The position numbers and the translations under genes are program-made. From Tubulanus polymorphus (lineage: Eukaryota > Animalia > Nemertea): a stretch of DNA of 64,000 bases. Positions 25,207 through 37,456 of this stretch are shown piece by piece. The number at the start of each line of letters is the position of its first letter. The stretch's first letter is position 1. The stretch is taken from assembly GCF_964204645.1 (NCBI RefSeq), contig NC_134030.1, forward strand, positions 14,570,110 to 14,634,109, read 5' to 3'. The notes beneath the pieces were generated by a model. That model was not told the DNA's origin. It worked only from the letters and a program-made list of their open reading frames with translations, and did not search any database.

Positions 25207-25223
25207 TTATTTTACATATTTTC

Positions 25224-25577
25224 TCATTCGAAATCTATTTCATGGTGCCCTTTTTCATTCTTACCTTTGTATACGAAATAGAAATCACCAGAACATAATT
25301 CTTCTAAATCTTCACTTGATAATCTATGAAATCTATCAGGCAAATATGTTCTGAATTTATATGTATTTCTTTTTAATCCTTCATATTCTAAGTGTATAAC
25401 TAATTTATCTCCATAGTTATTAGTAACTGTATCAATATTTGTAATTAGATATTTCTTATGGATTGTTAATTCTGTTAACTTTTTGAATTTATAATCTACA
25501 GATTTTACATTTGTTATATCTTTATTTCTATCTAGAAATAATTTGTTGTTCTCACTGTGTGCTTGTTTACTCTCCAT
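25224..25577 (-). CDS. Hypothetical beta-rich protein (possible OB-fold ssDNA-binding protein)
   Basis: FKKLTEL...YLITNIDTVTNNYGDKLVIHLE...YLPDRF pattern; lies directly downstream of pPolB. Confidence 0.45.
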   Translation of the reverse strand: MESKQAHSENNKLFLDRNKDITNVKSVDYKFKKLTELTIHKKYLITNIDTVTNNYGDKLVIHLEYEGLKRNTYKFRTYLPDRFHRLSSEDLEELCSGDFYFVYKGKNEKGHHEIDFE

Positions 25578-25606
25578 TTTAATAACATATTTTTATTAAA
25601 ATTTGA

Positions 25607-28600
25607 TTAACACGTTAGAATTCTTTTCATTATCTCGATCTCTTTTGTTTCTTCTCTTTTAAATTTTAAGTATTCATCTAAATTACAACCATAAGCAACT
25701 GTATGAATTCCATCATCCCGAATATATCTTTTATCATCAAATGGGTTTAGACTTATCTTTTCAATTTCTTCAATAAACATTTCATGATCTTCAGATCTTA
25801 AACATCTCATCTTATGTTTGCTAACTTCTTCATTGAATATACAATTGATGTAATCTTTGAAATGAATATTCTTTTCTACTACATTTTTGGTTATTCCTTT
25901 TAACTTTTTAGCTTCATGTTCTTTAGTTTTATATGAATACATTTTAGATCGAATACCTATGAATTCAATCATTTCTTCACCACCTAATTCATCTTTGAAT
26001 TTACCGGGAACTTTTTTATTATCATTGCTAAACAATTCATGATCTTGAGGATAGTTACTAAAATCAAAATGATGTTTTAATGTTTTTAAATCATCAGTTA
26101 TGTTATCAGTTTTTATCTTTAATATGTAACTGTCAGTATCAAAATATAATATTTCTATATGTTTTTCTCCAAAAAGTGGTTGTAATACATTATAATAGAA
26201 TTCATACATTAGTAATTTTGATAATTCTAAAACTGAAGCGCCAACATAGATTGGTTTATTAAATTTCATTGATGTTCTTCTCACCTTAACTGCGGCTAAA
26301 TTTTCATCAAATATTCTGTTACCAATGAACTTAGGATATGATTGTAAATGCCTTATCCTTTTACCATTACTGACTAACTCAATATCATTTCTATTTCTAA
26401 TATTTTCACAAGTCTTACCATAGAATGCATTATTCATTAACTTGAAGAAATCTTTCTCGAAATCAGTTTTAGCTTCAGTTCTCTGTTTGGGGTTAAAATC
26501 TATATATTTTTCTAACCACTTAGATTGACTAAACGAAATATATCTATGTACTTTTTTTAGAACCATTCCTTGATTCAAATAAAACTTTAACATTCTATAA
26601 TGTACTACATAATTATATTTATCTTCTTGAGTTACCATTAACTTTTCTGTATGAATATGATTTTCGGGTTTAATTCTTTTTTGGTAATTTGATAATTCTT
26701 CATGAGTTACAGTTTTATGTTCTGGACAGTAAGCTAGATTTCTAGATTTAAATTTAATATGTTCAGGATATTCTAAATCTACAACAAAGAAGTAACCAGT
26801 ATCTGAATCATCTGCAATATCTAGGATTCTTTTCTTCCAATCAAATTTATCATTTTTTTCATTCTGTAAAACTTCAGTTAATTCAAATACTCCATAAGGT
26901 TGTGGTTCCATCATTGCCCAACCATACAAATTATTTGCATCTATATATAATAACTTATATCCAGGGTTATCATGTACATTGAAATATCTATCACCTAATA
27001 CACCTGAAACACCTCCTCTTATAGATTTTTCAAATAATAGTAATTGATCTATATTTGTTAACAAATCCATTTTTATATTTGTAAATTTTAATCCACAATC
27101 CCATGTTAAACCTGGTGATGAATAACAATGACAAGGATCAATGTTAAAATATTTTAGGTTTACATCTCTAAACCTTTCGAATATATCGGTTAATAATAAT
27201 ACATCTGATTTTAAATATAAATATACTAATTGCCCATGATTTTCTATTTTGAAATGATTCCAAATATTCAATGTTCTATTATAGACTTCATCTTTAACAT
27301 ATTCATTTTTTAATTCATCATAGAATTGTTCTTTTAATAATTCAGTTATATTGAAATCATTATGTGATTTATAAAATGAATATGGAATTTCGCCTTTATA
27401 TCTCATTAATTGAAAATCATCATTATTTGGGTAGTGTTGCTTTAATATTTTTAATTCATCATCAACTAATGATTTTGATAAGTTATCTAATGAACTATTT
27501 AAAAATCTATATGAATCTATAAATCTTAAACACCCAAATTGGAATGATATATAATTCTCAGATGTTTTAGCTAACATTCTAAATTTATAAGTTGGTATTT
27601 TATCTTTTGATCTATTTGAATTTAATCTTTCTATTTCATTATTAATTTCTTCTATTTTATGACATAACTGTTTGATAAATAAATGTGCATCATATCCTGA
27701 TAGATTATGAAATATAACTGGTACAAAGTTAATTTTCTTAGCTTGTAAGTTACAATTCTCATGCGCAGCGCCTCTAAACTTTCCATTCAAATGATCATGG
27801 TCTCTTACTTTTTTATCTTTATAATTAAATATCTTTTCACAATAATAACATTTATCTGCAAACGCAAATGCTTCTTTATCTTCTTCTGTCATTATAATTT
27901 CTATATTTGTATTCAATAATTTACTAAATCTTATTTCATATTCAATTAATAAGTCACAAAAATGATTGATAACATTTTCATTTCTGTAATGATAATATTC
28001 ACTTTCAATTAGTTCTGGATAATCAGATTTAATATATAACCCGAAAGCTGCAGCTGATTGATGAATCTTTTTAATAGTATTTGTTTTTGGTGGTTCATCT
28101 GAAAAATCATTTTCATTAGAATTTAATTTCCTTCTTTTATAATATATTTCTTTTCTATCTTGATCAGTTAATTCTTTATTTAATGATTCAAAATCTCCAT
28201 ATATAACAAATGGTACTTTATTTTTGTAATCATATTTTTTGAATTCTAATATTTTATCTTTTTCATTTGGTAAAACTAATTTACAATAATCATGATTTTC
28301 ACATAATTGTTTATGATTTAATAATGCACTTTCATTACTGAATCTATGTAAACATTTTCTACATAGATATATTTTACGAGTGTGATCATTTTCTGATTTA
28401 AAAAATAAATCGATTTGTTTAATCCACATATAATGATTCTCATAATATAGTATATCTATAACATCATTTGAATCATAATCTTTTGATAGATATAAAGGTT
28501 CTAATGTATAATGTTTTATATTGTTACCTTTTGTATTTGGTAATTTGATTAAATCAAATACATTTATTCTTAAATTATTATCTCTTTCTATCTTTGGGAC

Positions 28601-29640
28601 GTTTTTAATTCTAACAGGATACTTATCTATCTTATAATTATTTTCAAATGGTTTATAATGAGTTAATCTACAAATATTATAAGTTGCAGGATGTAAACAA
28701 CTTATTATAGTCCATAGTAAACATTTATCATCAAAATTGTGTACATTTATTGCAGCATTAGTTTTAAATGGTAGTTTGATATAACTCGATGCTTCAATAT
28801 CTGGTTCTTTATAATATGATACATTATTTTCATCTATTGGTTTTGATTTAGTTAACTTATTATATTTTGTGTTATAAACATGTAAAGTCATAAATATTAT
28901 CTCATCAAATGTTAAACCAGATCCTTCAAAATATTTCTCTTCTATTTTAGTTTTTACTTCATTATAACATTTATCTAATTTATCATCTATATGTTGTTTA
29001 GATATAATATGTTGTGAATGAGAATTTATATTATATATTGGTTTATCTTCAGATTTTATGAATTTAACTTTAGAAGATATACTTATTTTAGGATATTCAA
29101 CAGCAGTTATTATTTTTATTATATCTTTCATATTTTCTAAATGTTTTTTATTTTCTTCTAATGTTTTTCCTTTATGAAATTTAAACTCGATAGCTGCTGG
29201 ACCAATATCACTTTTAAATGCTTCGGTTATCTCTATATCTTTTTTATTATCTAATGAATTAATATATTTTCTTACATCTTCCATGTATGGTCTTTTATTG
29301 TTTAATTTATTTTTTATGCTTTTAATTGTCTTCTGTTTCTTATTGTTATCATTATCAAAATAATCTTCACCTAAAATATCATTATTCTTATTTCTAATAT
29401 GACTTATAGATTTTAAATGTTCTTTAAAATATCTTTTATCACTGAATGATTGATTACATGTATTACATTTATATGTTTCTTTTTCATTCTTTAATTCTTC
29501 TAATTTAGTTTCTAATATATCATCTTTATATTCTAGTTTCAATTTATTCTCTAAATGTATTTAGTTTTATTGTGTCTTGCTTTTTGGGATTTATCTATAT
29601 TGATATTACATGTTGGACAGTAGTACTTATTTGCTTCCAT
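25607..29640 (-). CDS. polB: Protein-primed-type family B DNA polymerase (pPolB); true ATG at 29640 in the TIR, cut off by a 1-bp deletion near 29560
   Basis: Exonuclease motifs YGDFES, FHNLSGYD and YLKSDV. Polymerase motifs YIDANNLYGWAM, KLMNNAFYGKT and YFDTDS. Embedded EndoVII-like CYYC..VRDHDH..RGAAHENCN, and N-terminal zinc fingers. Confidence 0.96.
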
Positions 29641-29988
29641 TTTAATACTAAATGTTTTATTAAAAGTGATTTTAGAAGTTATTCATTTATATTTCATTCA
29701 TATATATGAATATTTTAAGAGTAACAGGGAATATGTTGTTTCAGGGTAAAGGTTGAATGGTCGAGTTCATTAAAAACAAAACATTAAAAGTAATTTAAAA
29801 CTATAATATATTTTCATAACCGTGTACATTTCAGTTGAATAATAGAACAATTATTATCATTTGAATATATTTGATTATATGAATGTGTGTATTGTAAATA
29901 AATCAATTGGTCGCGGAGCGGAGCGGTAGCGAAGTGGAGCGACCAATTGATTTATTTACAATACACACATTCATATAATCAAATATAT
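29528..29988 (-). repeat. Right TIR with perfect 50-bp-arm hairpin (29865-29914 / 29939-29988, 24-nt loop)
   Basis: Reverse-complement match to the left TIR plus internal self-complementarity. Confidence 0.92.
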
Positions 29989-29993
29989 ATATA

Positions 29994-30402
29994 TACGGAA
30001 GCGATAAAGGGCCTCGAGTTGTTGCGTTCAAACTCGACAAGTCGCCATATTTATGTCGATATATCGCGATATATCGCGTCAAGTCCACATGAATATGTCT
30101 ACATATCGTGACGTTTTCACAACAAATTTCGCTTTTTTGCTCATTTTCCACGGGACAAACCGTCATTTGAAGACATGTCTAAATGAGGACGCTAGTAATA
30201 TGACGACTGAGTTTTAAGTCGTCATGAATATGTCGACGTGTCGCAAGAAAAATGGTCGAGAAAACGAAATATGTCGTCAAGATGTCACAATATATCGACA
30301 TATTCATGTCGACTTGACGCGATATATCGCGGTATGTCGAAATAAATATGGCGACTTGTCAAGTTGGAACGCGACATCTCGAGGCCCCTTATCGCTTCCT
30401 TA
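29994..30402. mobile_element. IS3EU-like MITE, copy 1
   Basis: TACGGAAGCG terminus and long TIRs. The flanks do not form a TSD. Confidence 0.7.
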
Positions 30403-30483
30403 GCTTTTGAATAATTAGGCCAATTAATAACGTAATAAAGACTTATGCTTTTGCCTATTTTGAAGTCGATTAATCTGATATAG

Positions 30484-31072
30484 TACGGAAGCGATAAAGG
30501 GCCTCGAGTTGTCGCGTTCAAACTCGACAAGTCGCCATATTTATGTCGATATATCGCGATATATCGCATCAAGTCAACATAAATATGTTGACATATCGTG
30601 ACGTTTTGACGACTTGAAACTCAGTCGTCTACGGAAGCGATAAGGGGCCTCGAGATGTCGCGTTCCAACTCGACAAGTCGCCATATTTATGTCGACATAC
30701 CGCGATATATCGCGTCAAGTCGACATGAATATGTCGATATATCGTGACGTTTTGACGACATATTTCGTTTTCACGACCACTTTCCTCGCGACAAGTCGAC
30801 ATATTCATGACGACTTACAACTCAGTCGTCATATCACTGGTGTCCTCATCTTGCATTTAGACATGTCTTCAAATGACGGCTTGTCCCGTGGAAAATGGGC
30901 GAAAAAGCGAAATTTGTCGTGAAAACGTCACGATATGTCGACATATTCATGTCGACTTGACGCGATATATCGCGATATGTCGACATAAATATGACGACTT
31001 GTCAAGCTGGAACGCGACATCTCGAGGCCCTTTATCGCTTCCGTAGTCGTCATATCACTGGCGTCCTCATCT
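30484..31072. mobile_element. Truncated IS3EU-like MITE (copy 2) containing a complete nested copy 3 (30630-31045)
   Basis: Copy 3 runs TACGG...CCGTA with ~130-bp TIRs and a 6-bp TSD GTCGTC (30624-30629 / 31046-31051). Confidence 0.8.
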
Positions 31073-31099
31073 TTCAGCAACGCCAGTCACATGGAGTCG

Positions 31100-32190
31100 T
31101 ACGTGTTCTACTTTCTGCGACGCGACACGACTGTCACAACCAACCGACGCGCTCTTGCGACTGGCAGAAACTAGTCGCACGCAATCGTATTGCAACCGAC
31201 TTGCACCGAAACTTGCGGTGCAACGCGAGGATCGCATCGTGTCACAAGACCAACCTACGTCCGGATTTAAGTTACTGCGGAGCACCAGAAATATTTTTTT
31301 TTTCGTTCAAAAGACCTTTCGCTTGAAAATTCTTTCGTTGGAACAAAATTTATTTCGTTCGAACCAATAATATTCTTTACGATTGAACCAATTTGAAAAA
31401 ATCGTAAGAACAAAGTTGAACAAACTTTTTTTTGTCCAAACGAAAGTTTTTTCGTTCGAACAATCGTTCAATTGAACAGAATCTTTTTTAATTTGAACAG
31501 AATTTTCTTGTCAGAACATTAAGTTTTTCGTTCGAGCAAGTATATTGAAAAAAGTTTTTTCTCCGAACCGAAAGTATGAACTATTTCGTTCAATTGAACA
31601 GAATTGTTTTCATTCAAACATTCGTTTGAAAAAATTGTTTTCGCCCGACCAAATTTTCTTGCCGGGACTAAAAATTTTTCATTTCAACAATAAACATAGC
31701 TTTTTATTTGAACACATTTTTTGTCAGAATGAAGAAAATTTTTGGTTCAAGCAAAAAGCGTATTGTTCGATCAAACAGAATTATTTTCATTCGAACAAGA
31801 TTTTCTTGTTGGAACATTAAGTTTTTTGGTCGAACAGCGTGTTAAGGTCGATTTGGAAATTTACTCGGTCTGGTATATGTTGGATTAATGTGTATGTTAT
31901 TTGTCAGGACATTAAACAGAAGACAACTTAGGATAGACTTTGCGTGACTCCACTAGTTTGACCGACTTATTCCAAGATGAGGCGTTCCGTTGATTTTGGC
32001 TACAAGTTTTCGTTCAGAGATAACTGCTGAGCCATTTGGGCGACCTATCATTGATACTGTTTCCTAATAGCCTGTTTAGTAATGGCTGATGTTGTGCCTT
32101 ATCAAATGCTTCGTCGAAATCCACCGTTGAACAGGATTCTAAGACTGTGCAGAAAACCCGTTATCGCTGCTTTGCAGCTATATTTAATAT
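31100..32190 (+). repeat. Segment of a large composite repeat; inverted homologues at ~44990-45440, 46705-47300 and 47815-48190
   Basis: Reverse-complement matches, e.g. CCGGATTTAAGTTACTGCGGAGC and TCGCTGCTTTGCAGCTATATTT. Confidence 0.75.
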
Positions 32191-32310
32191 CTATTATGCA
32201 AGAATATTTATTGATGGTTTTACTGCAATGATTTCTTGATATTTTTTAGATTAGATGAAAGTCACAAGGAAAACGAAAGTCACAAGGAGAACGAAAGTCA
32301 CCAGGTTTAC

Positions 32311-32325
32311 GATGATGATGATGAT

Positions 32326-32366
<41 letters not shown>

Positions 32367-32367
32367 T
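32311..32367 (+). repeat. (GAT/GAC)n microsatellite
   Basis: Visible triplet run. Confidence 0.9.
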
Positions 32368-32689
32368 GTACAGAATGATCAGGTATTTGCCAATTCTCTC
32401 TACATTTATATTATCACTTACGAAAAGAAAATTTAAATTTTCCATTATTAATTTAGGTCAGTCGACATATGCTTGACGACGATGATGTTCAGAGTGATGA
32501 GGTAAAATTGCATTTGTTTTGTACGTACTTTTGATTACTCCTTAATCATTTAAAAAAATGTACAAATGAAATTTTCTTTGTTGCTTTAGGTTGGTCAAGA
32601 ATCATTTCTTTCTCCGGTACGTATTGAACAAATGATTATGAAGAATTCATTTTGTATCATGTTTAGTTATGCTCCTTAATTTGCATGCA

Positions 32690-32950
32690 GGATTCGAACC
32701 TGATAGCATCGTGATTGCCACGGTACGAAACCCTGCCACACTAGCCTGGCTGCGCAGCTTAGATGATGTCATTATTAACCAATCAAATCCTGTTTTATTT
32801 AAGCCCGGGTTTTCCTGTTTATAGTTCTTCCGTGAAATTTAAGCAATCTGATTGGTGCCGCAAATTTTGCATGTACCTACGCACCTGGTCTAGTGTGGCA
32901 GGTGTTCGTGCCGTGGCTGAGTAAAGCGATGCCATCAGGTTTCGAATCTC
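32690..32950. mobile_element. Degenerate small MITE
   Basis: Imperfect ~55-bp inverted repeats (GATTCGAACCTGAT...GCCACACTAG / CTAGTGTGGC...ATCAGGTTTCGAATC). Confidence 0.4.
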
Positions 32951-34897
32951 TGCCGAGGGAGGATGCTTAATTAGGGGCTAAAGAAACTATATTATCTACA
33001 TACCATACATAGGTTGTTAAAAAGAGTTCTCCGACCCTAGCCATGAATCGAAAAACCTTTTTTCCTTCGACAGTGAGTACATCTGCCAAAAGTACCTCAA
33101 GTAGTCAATTATGTTTGCATACACCTAAAAATGAAATATATCCTTTCAGCCGAAGCAACTTCCTGAAAAAGTTTTGAGTCCCGTTATGGTAAGTGTTTAT
33201 TGAAAACGGTTGTTAAGCAACTGTTACAATAGTCCCGCTTCACTTTGTGTGTTTTAATGATTAAATTGTACATTTTTTCACCAGATGACTGAAATTGGGG
33301 ATGGTGTCACGGTAAAGTAGTCGGCTATCGATTCATGTAACCGTAAATCGTTTAGCATCTATACGGGCGACTTGATGGTAGCTGTTTTTGGATATAAATG
33401 TCTGCAGAGTCATGTGCTTAAAGGAATTGGTCAGTCGTCGAACGGTGTTGTCATATCGCGGAAAGACGGAATCGCGGAATTTTCCAAAACGCGGAATTTC
33501 TTCATTTTTACTATAAATAGTAAACGAGTTTTCCCACGGGGATACCCACTGTCGGACAGGGCACCGGACCGATCGATGCAACGAGTTAGGTTCGAATCCC
33601 ATTATTTGCAGGCAATTTTATATGGAATTATTATATTACGATACCGTTGACTGGCTGCCACCTGTAGAAGTCAGAATCAAGTGGGGTGACAGAGACCAGG
33701 CACCTAATGACTATTTCTACTAGGCAAACTTCGGTTATCGAAGTTCATCGACTTTTTGAGAACTTCAGAAACGAATATTATCAGATACATATTGAGCACG
33801 TTCGCGGTGTCGGACCGTAGTTGTAGATGGTTGCAAACATGAAATCCTACGACCAAACAAGTACTGGTTCAAATTCCATTGAAATTATTATAATTTTACG
33901 GCCGTTTAGTACCGGTACCATTAAGATTCTTTTGATCCAAATAATCAGCATAGGAACATGTATGTTATAGCAATCACAAAGTAAACATTAAAAAAAACGA
34001 AACCATTTTATAATCTTTCATATCATTTAATTCTAAAAAATAAACCACATTCGCTTATAACAACAATGTAGAAACACAACACGCATGAACAATCCTAAGC
34101 CAGAATGAAATATACATAATGTCTATTAATTTTCGTCTGACATCGATCATTTTTGGATATTTATCTTGATCTTTTAAACACATACCTCAGATTGGTACGA
34201 TTGATAAAACACTATATCCGCCTCAGATTGGTCTTATAATAGTACGGCCAGTGAAACTGTGCAGTCTAAATAGACCACCGTGTTTATATCCATTTTAGGC
34301 TGTATTGAAGCTCTTCTTCAACTCAGAAAAAAGAGACTCCATTTTATGAAGTAGATCAATATTTTCCATGCCTGCCATTTGAAAATATTTTCAAATCATA
34401 AAAATCATGCTTCCTAGGCACGGAAACACATGATGAAACATATATTAGAAAATTCAAAAATGGCTGATCTTTCTCATTTACACATGAGAAAATTAAGAGT
34501 ATTTGGCAATGCTTCAATACAGTGTAAAATGTATATAAAAACGATGGTTTACTTAGAATGCACAGTTTCACTGATCATACTAAGACCAATTTGAAGTATG
34601 TGTGTAAAGATCAAGAGAAATATCCCAAAAAGAACGATGTCAGACGAAAACAAAAAACCACTTACATAATACAGCCGAATAATAAGCTACATGCAGTAAA
34701 AATTACAGGGAAAAATTACTAAGGAGAACAAATTTTCTTCGAGAAATTTCTCAAGGAATACTTTGCCGCGAAGAAAATGTATTTCCTTAGCAATTAATCC
34801 CGGTGAAAATGCATTACATACATATACGTTATGTCGAGTGCTATGTACTTTGTTTGTTCCGCTAACACGTAATAATGATACACTGACTGAGGCAAAT

Positions 34898-37456
34898 TCA
34901 AGTCATAACACCACTATTTAGGAATTCTTGTAATTTAAGAAAATATTCACGAGGCATACTGCCTCGTATTTCAGCGGAGACCTGCAAATCGTTGGGAGTA
35001 AAACTTGGATAACGCTTTAACACACATGATTGTCTTGGGTGGTAATAGGTATTCTGTGGTTTTTCTGACCTTACTAAATCCCCGGATTGATTGAAATACG
35101 ATCTGAAATCTAATTTCCTAATGACAAAATCTTTTGGTGGTTTCCAATCATTTTCAATGAAATCTACTCGACATCCATAGCAAGTTTTAATTCGTCCCTG
35201 TAAAAATGTTAAGAAAAAACCATTTTCACGGTTTTTTCCTGTAGGACATGAAGGAGTGGAAATATTGGACTCATCATAAGTGCGTTTCCGACGACATCGT
35301 TTTCCCTTCATGCCAGCAGCTGACAAATTCAAACCACTGGTGGCAAGCTTTGAGAGATTAGTAGCTTTTTTGCAGATTTATACCATAGAAGGAATTGCTT
35401 CAAAAATCCATTTTTTTCAGTTACTGCTATACTGTGCGAACACAAAGAATGCCATTTAATTATACTGCTGACAAGTGCACATACATTTATTATTTTTTAG
35501 ACAAAAATCAACCTGATTGTTTAGCGCTGACTGGTAACTGATAACACTAAACTTCATTAGGTTCACGTCATTACTAGGAGCAGCAGCTATTGCATTATTA
35601 TCATGCAAAAGGTTAGCGGCCTTTTGCCAAATTCCCCGTAACACAGGTTCAGATACATTTATTTGAAATTGACTTCTTGCTACTGAAGTGGTGATGGAAA
35701 TATTAGGCTCAACAGAAGAGATGTTTTTTTTTGAGGAATTGTGTAATTCGTGCATCGTGTAAGAAAGTGCCTGCTTGAAATGTTTCTGCCTTTGGGGAAT
35801 GGATAAATTCAAGGAATTTGGTACACAGAGAAGATACCTAAAGTCTTCTCTTATCTCATACAACTCAGAGGTTCCAAGGTATGCTAAATTTATGTTATCT
35901 CTTTCTGCTTGCATGAGATTATGTAATGACTCGATAAATGCACACAATCCCATTTCACGGTTTTGCGCCCATCGCCTTAACTTAGCGTTCGTACTTTCTG
36001 ATATATTGGTGTAGAATTTTTTTGGTGGCGAACCCAATCCTGAAGCTGACCTTATATTTGAAATCATTGATTCTTTAATCATTTTGCACTGATGTCTCAA
36101 GTACTCAACAAATTCGTTTAATTCATCACCATACACTGACCATGACTCTACTATTTCTTCAAATTTCTGGTCAAAAATATTTACATCTGCATCTATCAAT
36201 CCAGTACCATTGCGATCTCCGATTATCTGTTTAACAATATGACATTTCATTTCAAGTGGGAGATTAACTGATTTTAATTGATCTTTCAAATTTTGCTCGA
36301 AGTGACGTGTACATCTTAAATGAAGTGCACTGGGAAAATATTGGTGAGCAGCATCACTCAGTGCACTTTCACCATCTGTACCAAAACAGAGAATGTTATG
36401 AATATCTGGTGATATTCGACAACTGGAGTCAAACAATTATTTATAAACATCAGTAGTTTTGTTGAAATGTATCAAGACAGGTCCTGTAAATATAGGACTT
36501 TTTCCAGTACGTTTACTCACTAAATGTAAGTGCCTGTAGGTTATAGGCGTGACATCAAACTGGCCAAATTTGAAGGTAGGATCAAAAGAAATAGGGGACA
36601 TATCTATTGAGTCAGAACAAAACTTAACAATATCACTGATAGTTTCATCTGTCGAAATTACTGCTGCCAAATGAAATTACTGCTGCCAAATGAGGGTGCA
36701 CTCTCATATCTCTGATGAAATTTTTGAATTTTCCCTGCTTTGCCATATCGAGAAGAGACGAGACTTCATCATTGCTTTTTGAATGATGCTACTGTGAGCA
36801 ATATTATATGCCATTCGGCGAGTAGGAATATCAGCCAAAGATGAAATTGACATAGAACCCCCCTGAGAAGAAACAACTGACGATACTGCCTCAGATGTAC
36901 TTTGTCCAAGCATATTAGATTTTAAGACTGAACTTATACTTTCTTTTACCCGACTATAGGGCTTCCTACTCGTTTTGCTGTTCCCATGTTTGCCTACTAT
37001 TACCTCATGTTCTTCCCCTTCAAAAATATACTGTACAAACGCTTGTTTATTGACAACATTTCCAGCTTTGTCAACGATATAGCTGATCTGCTTCTTTAAG
37101 TCACTCTCCTTTTTATGTCGATAGTACGTTTTCTTTAAAAGTAACCCGGTTGATGATTTTTTCATGACATATTTCCCATCTACCAACTCGATATATCTTC
37201 TGGATGTGCTGTTGTTGATGTAAACACCAATACCGTCACATGGCCGGTCAGCCAGAGAAACGCTTTCTAAATCTACCACAAAAGACACATTCCCGGATAT
37301 ATTATATGGTACTTTCTTACATTGAAGTTCCTGTTTTGTAGTGAGCAATGCACGACAGTTCTTATCTAGGTCGCAATACTTCTCTTTGGAAAATATTGGT
37401 ATCATCGCATCATTATGCAAATGTCTGTAAGAAATTGAGAGATATGATAGATACAT
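34898..37456 (-). pseudogene. MULE DDE transposase with SWIM and C-terminal Zn finger; several frameshifts and stops
   Basis: SFDPTF (D), FGTDGESAL (D), LRCTRH (CxxH) and TNISESTN (E). SWIM CTC...CSH is split by a frameshift; CYGC...HPRQSC at the C-terminus. A 19-bp duplication lies at ~36653-36695. Confidence 0.85.

Larger units (their letters stand above)
10773..29988. mobile_element. Polinton/Maverick (adintovirus-like endogenous dsDNA virus), decayed
   Basis: Begins 5'-AGTAATAG. Has ~420-bp TIRs, pPolB, RVE integrase, A32 ATPase, MCP and penton. Intronless, very AT-rich, densely packed ORFs in two convergent blocks. The right tip is truncated, so the TSD cannot be verified. Confidence 0.95.

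Noticed and set aside
32236-32476. Poly-Asp / poly-Met ORFs
   Set aside because: Products of a GAT/GAC microsatellite; no supporting gene structure established.
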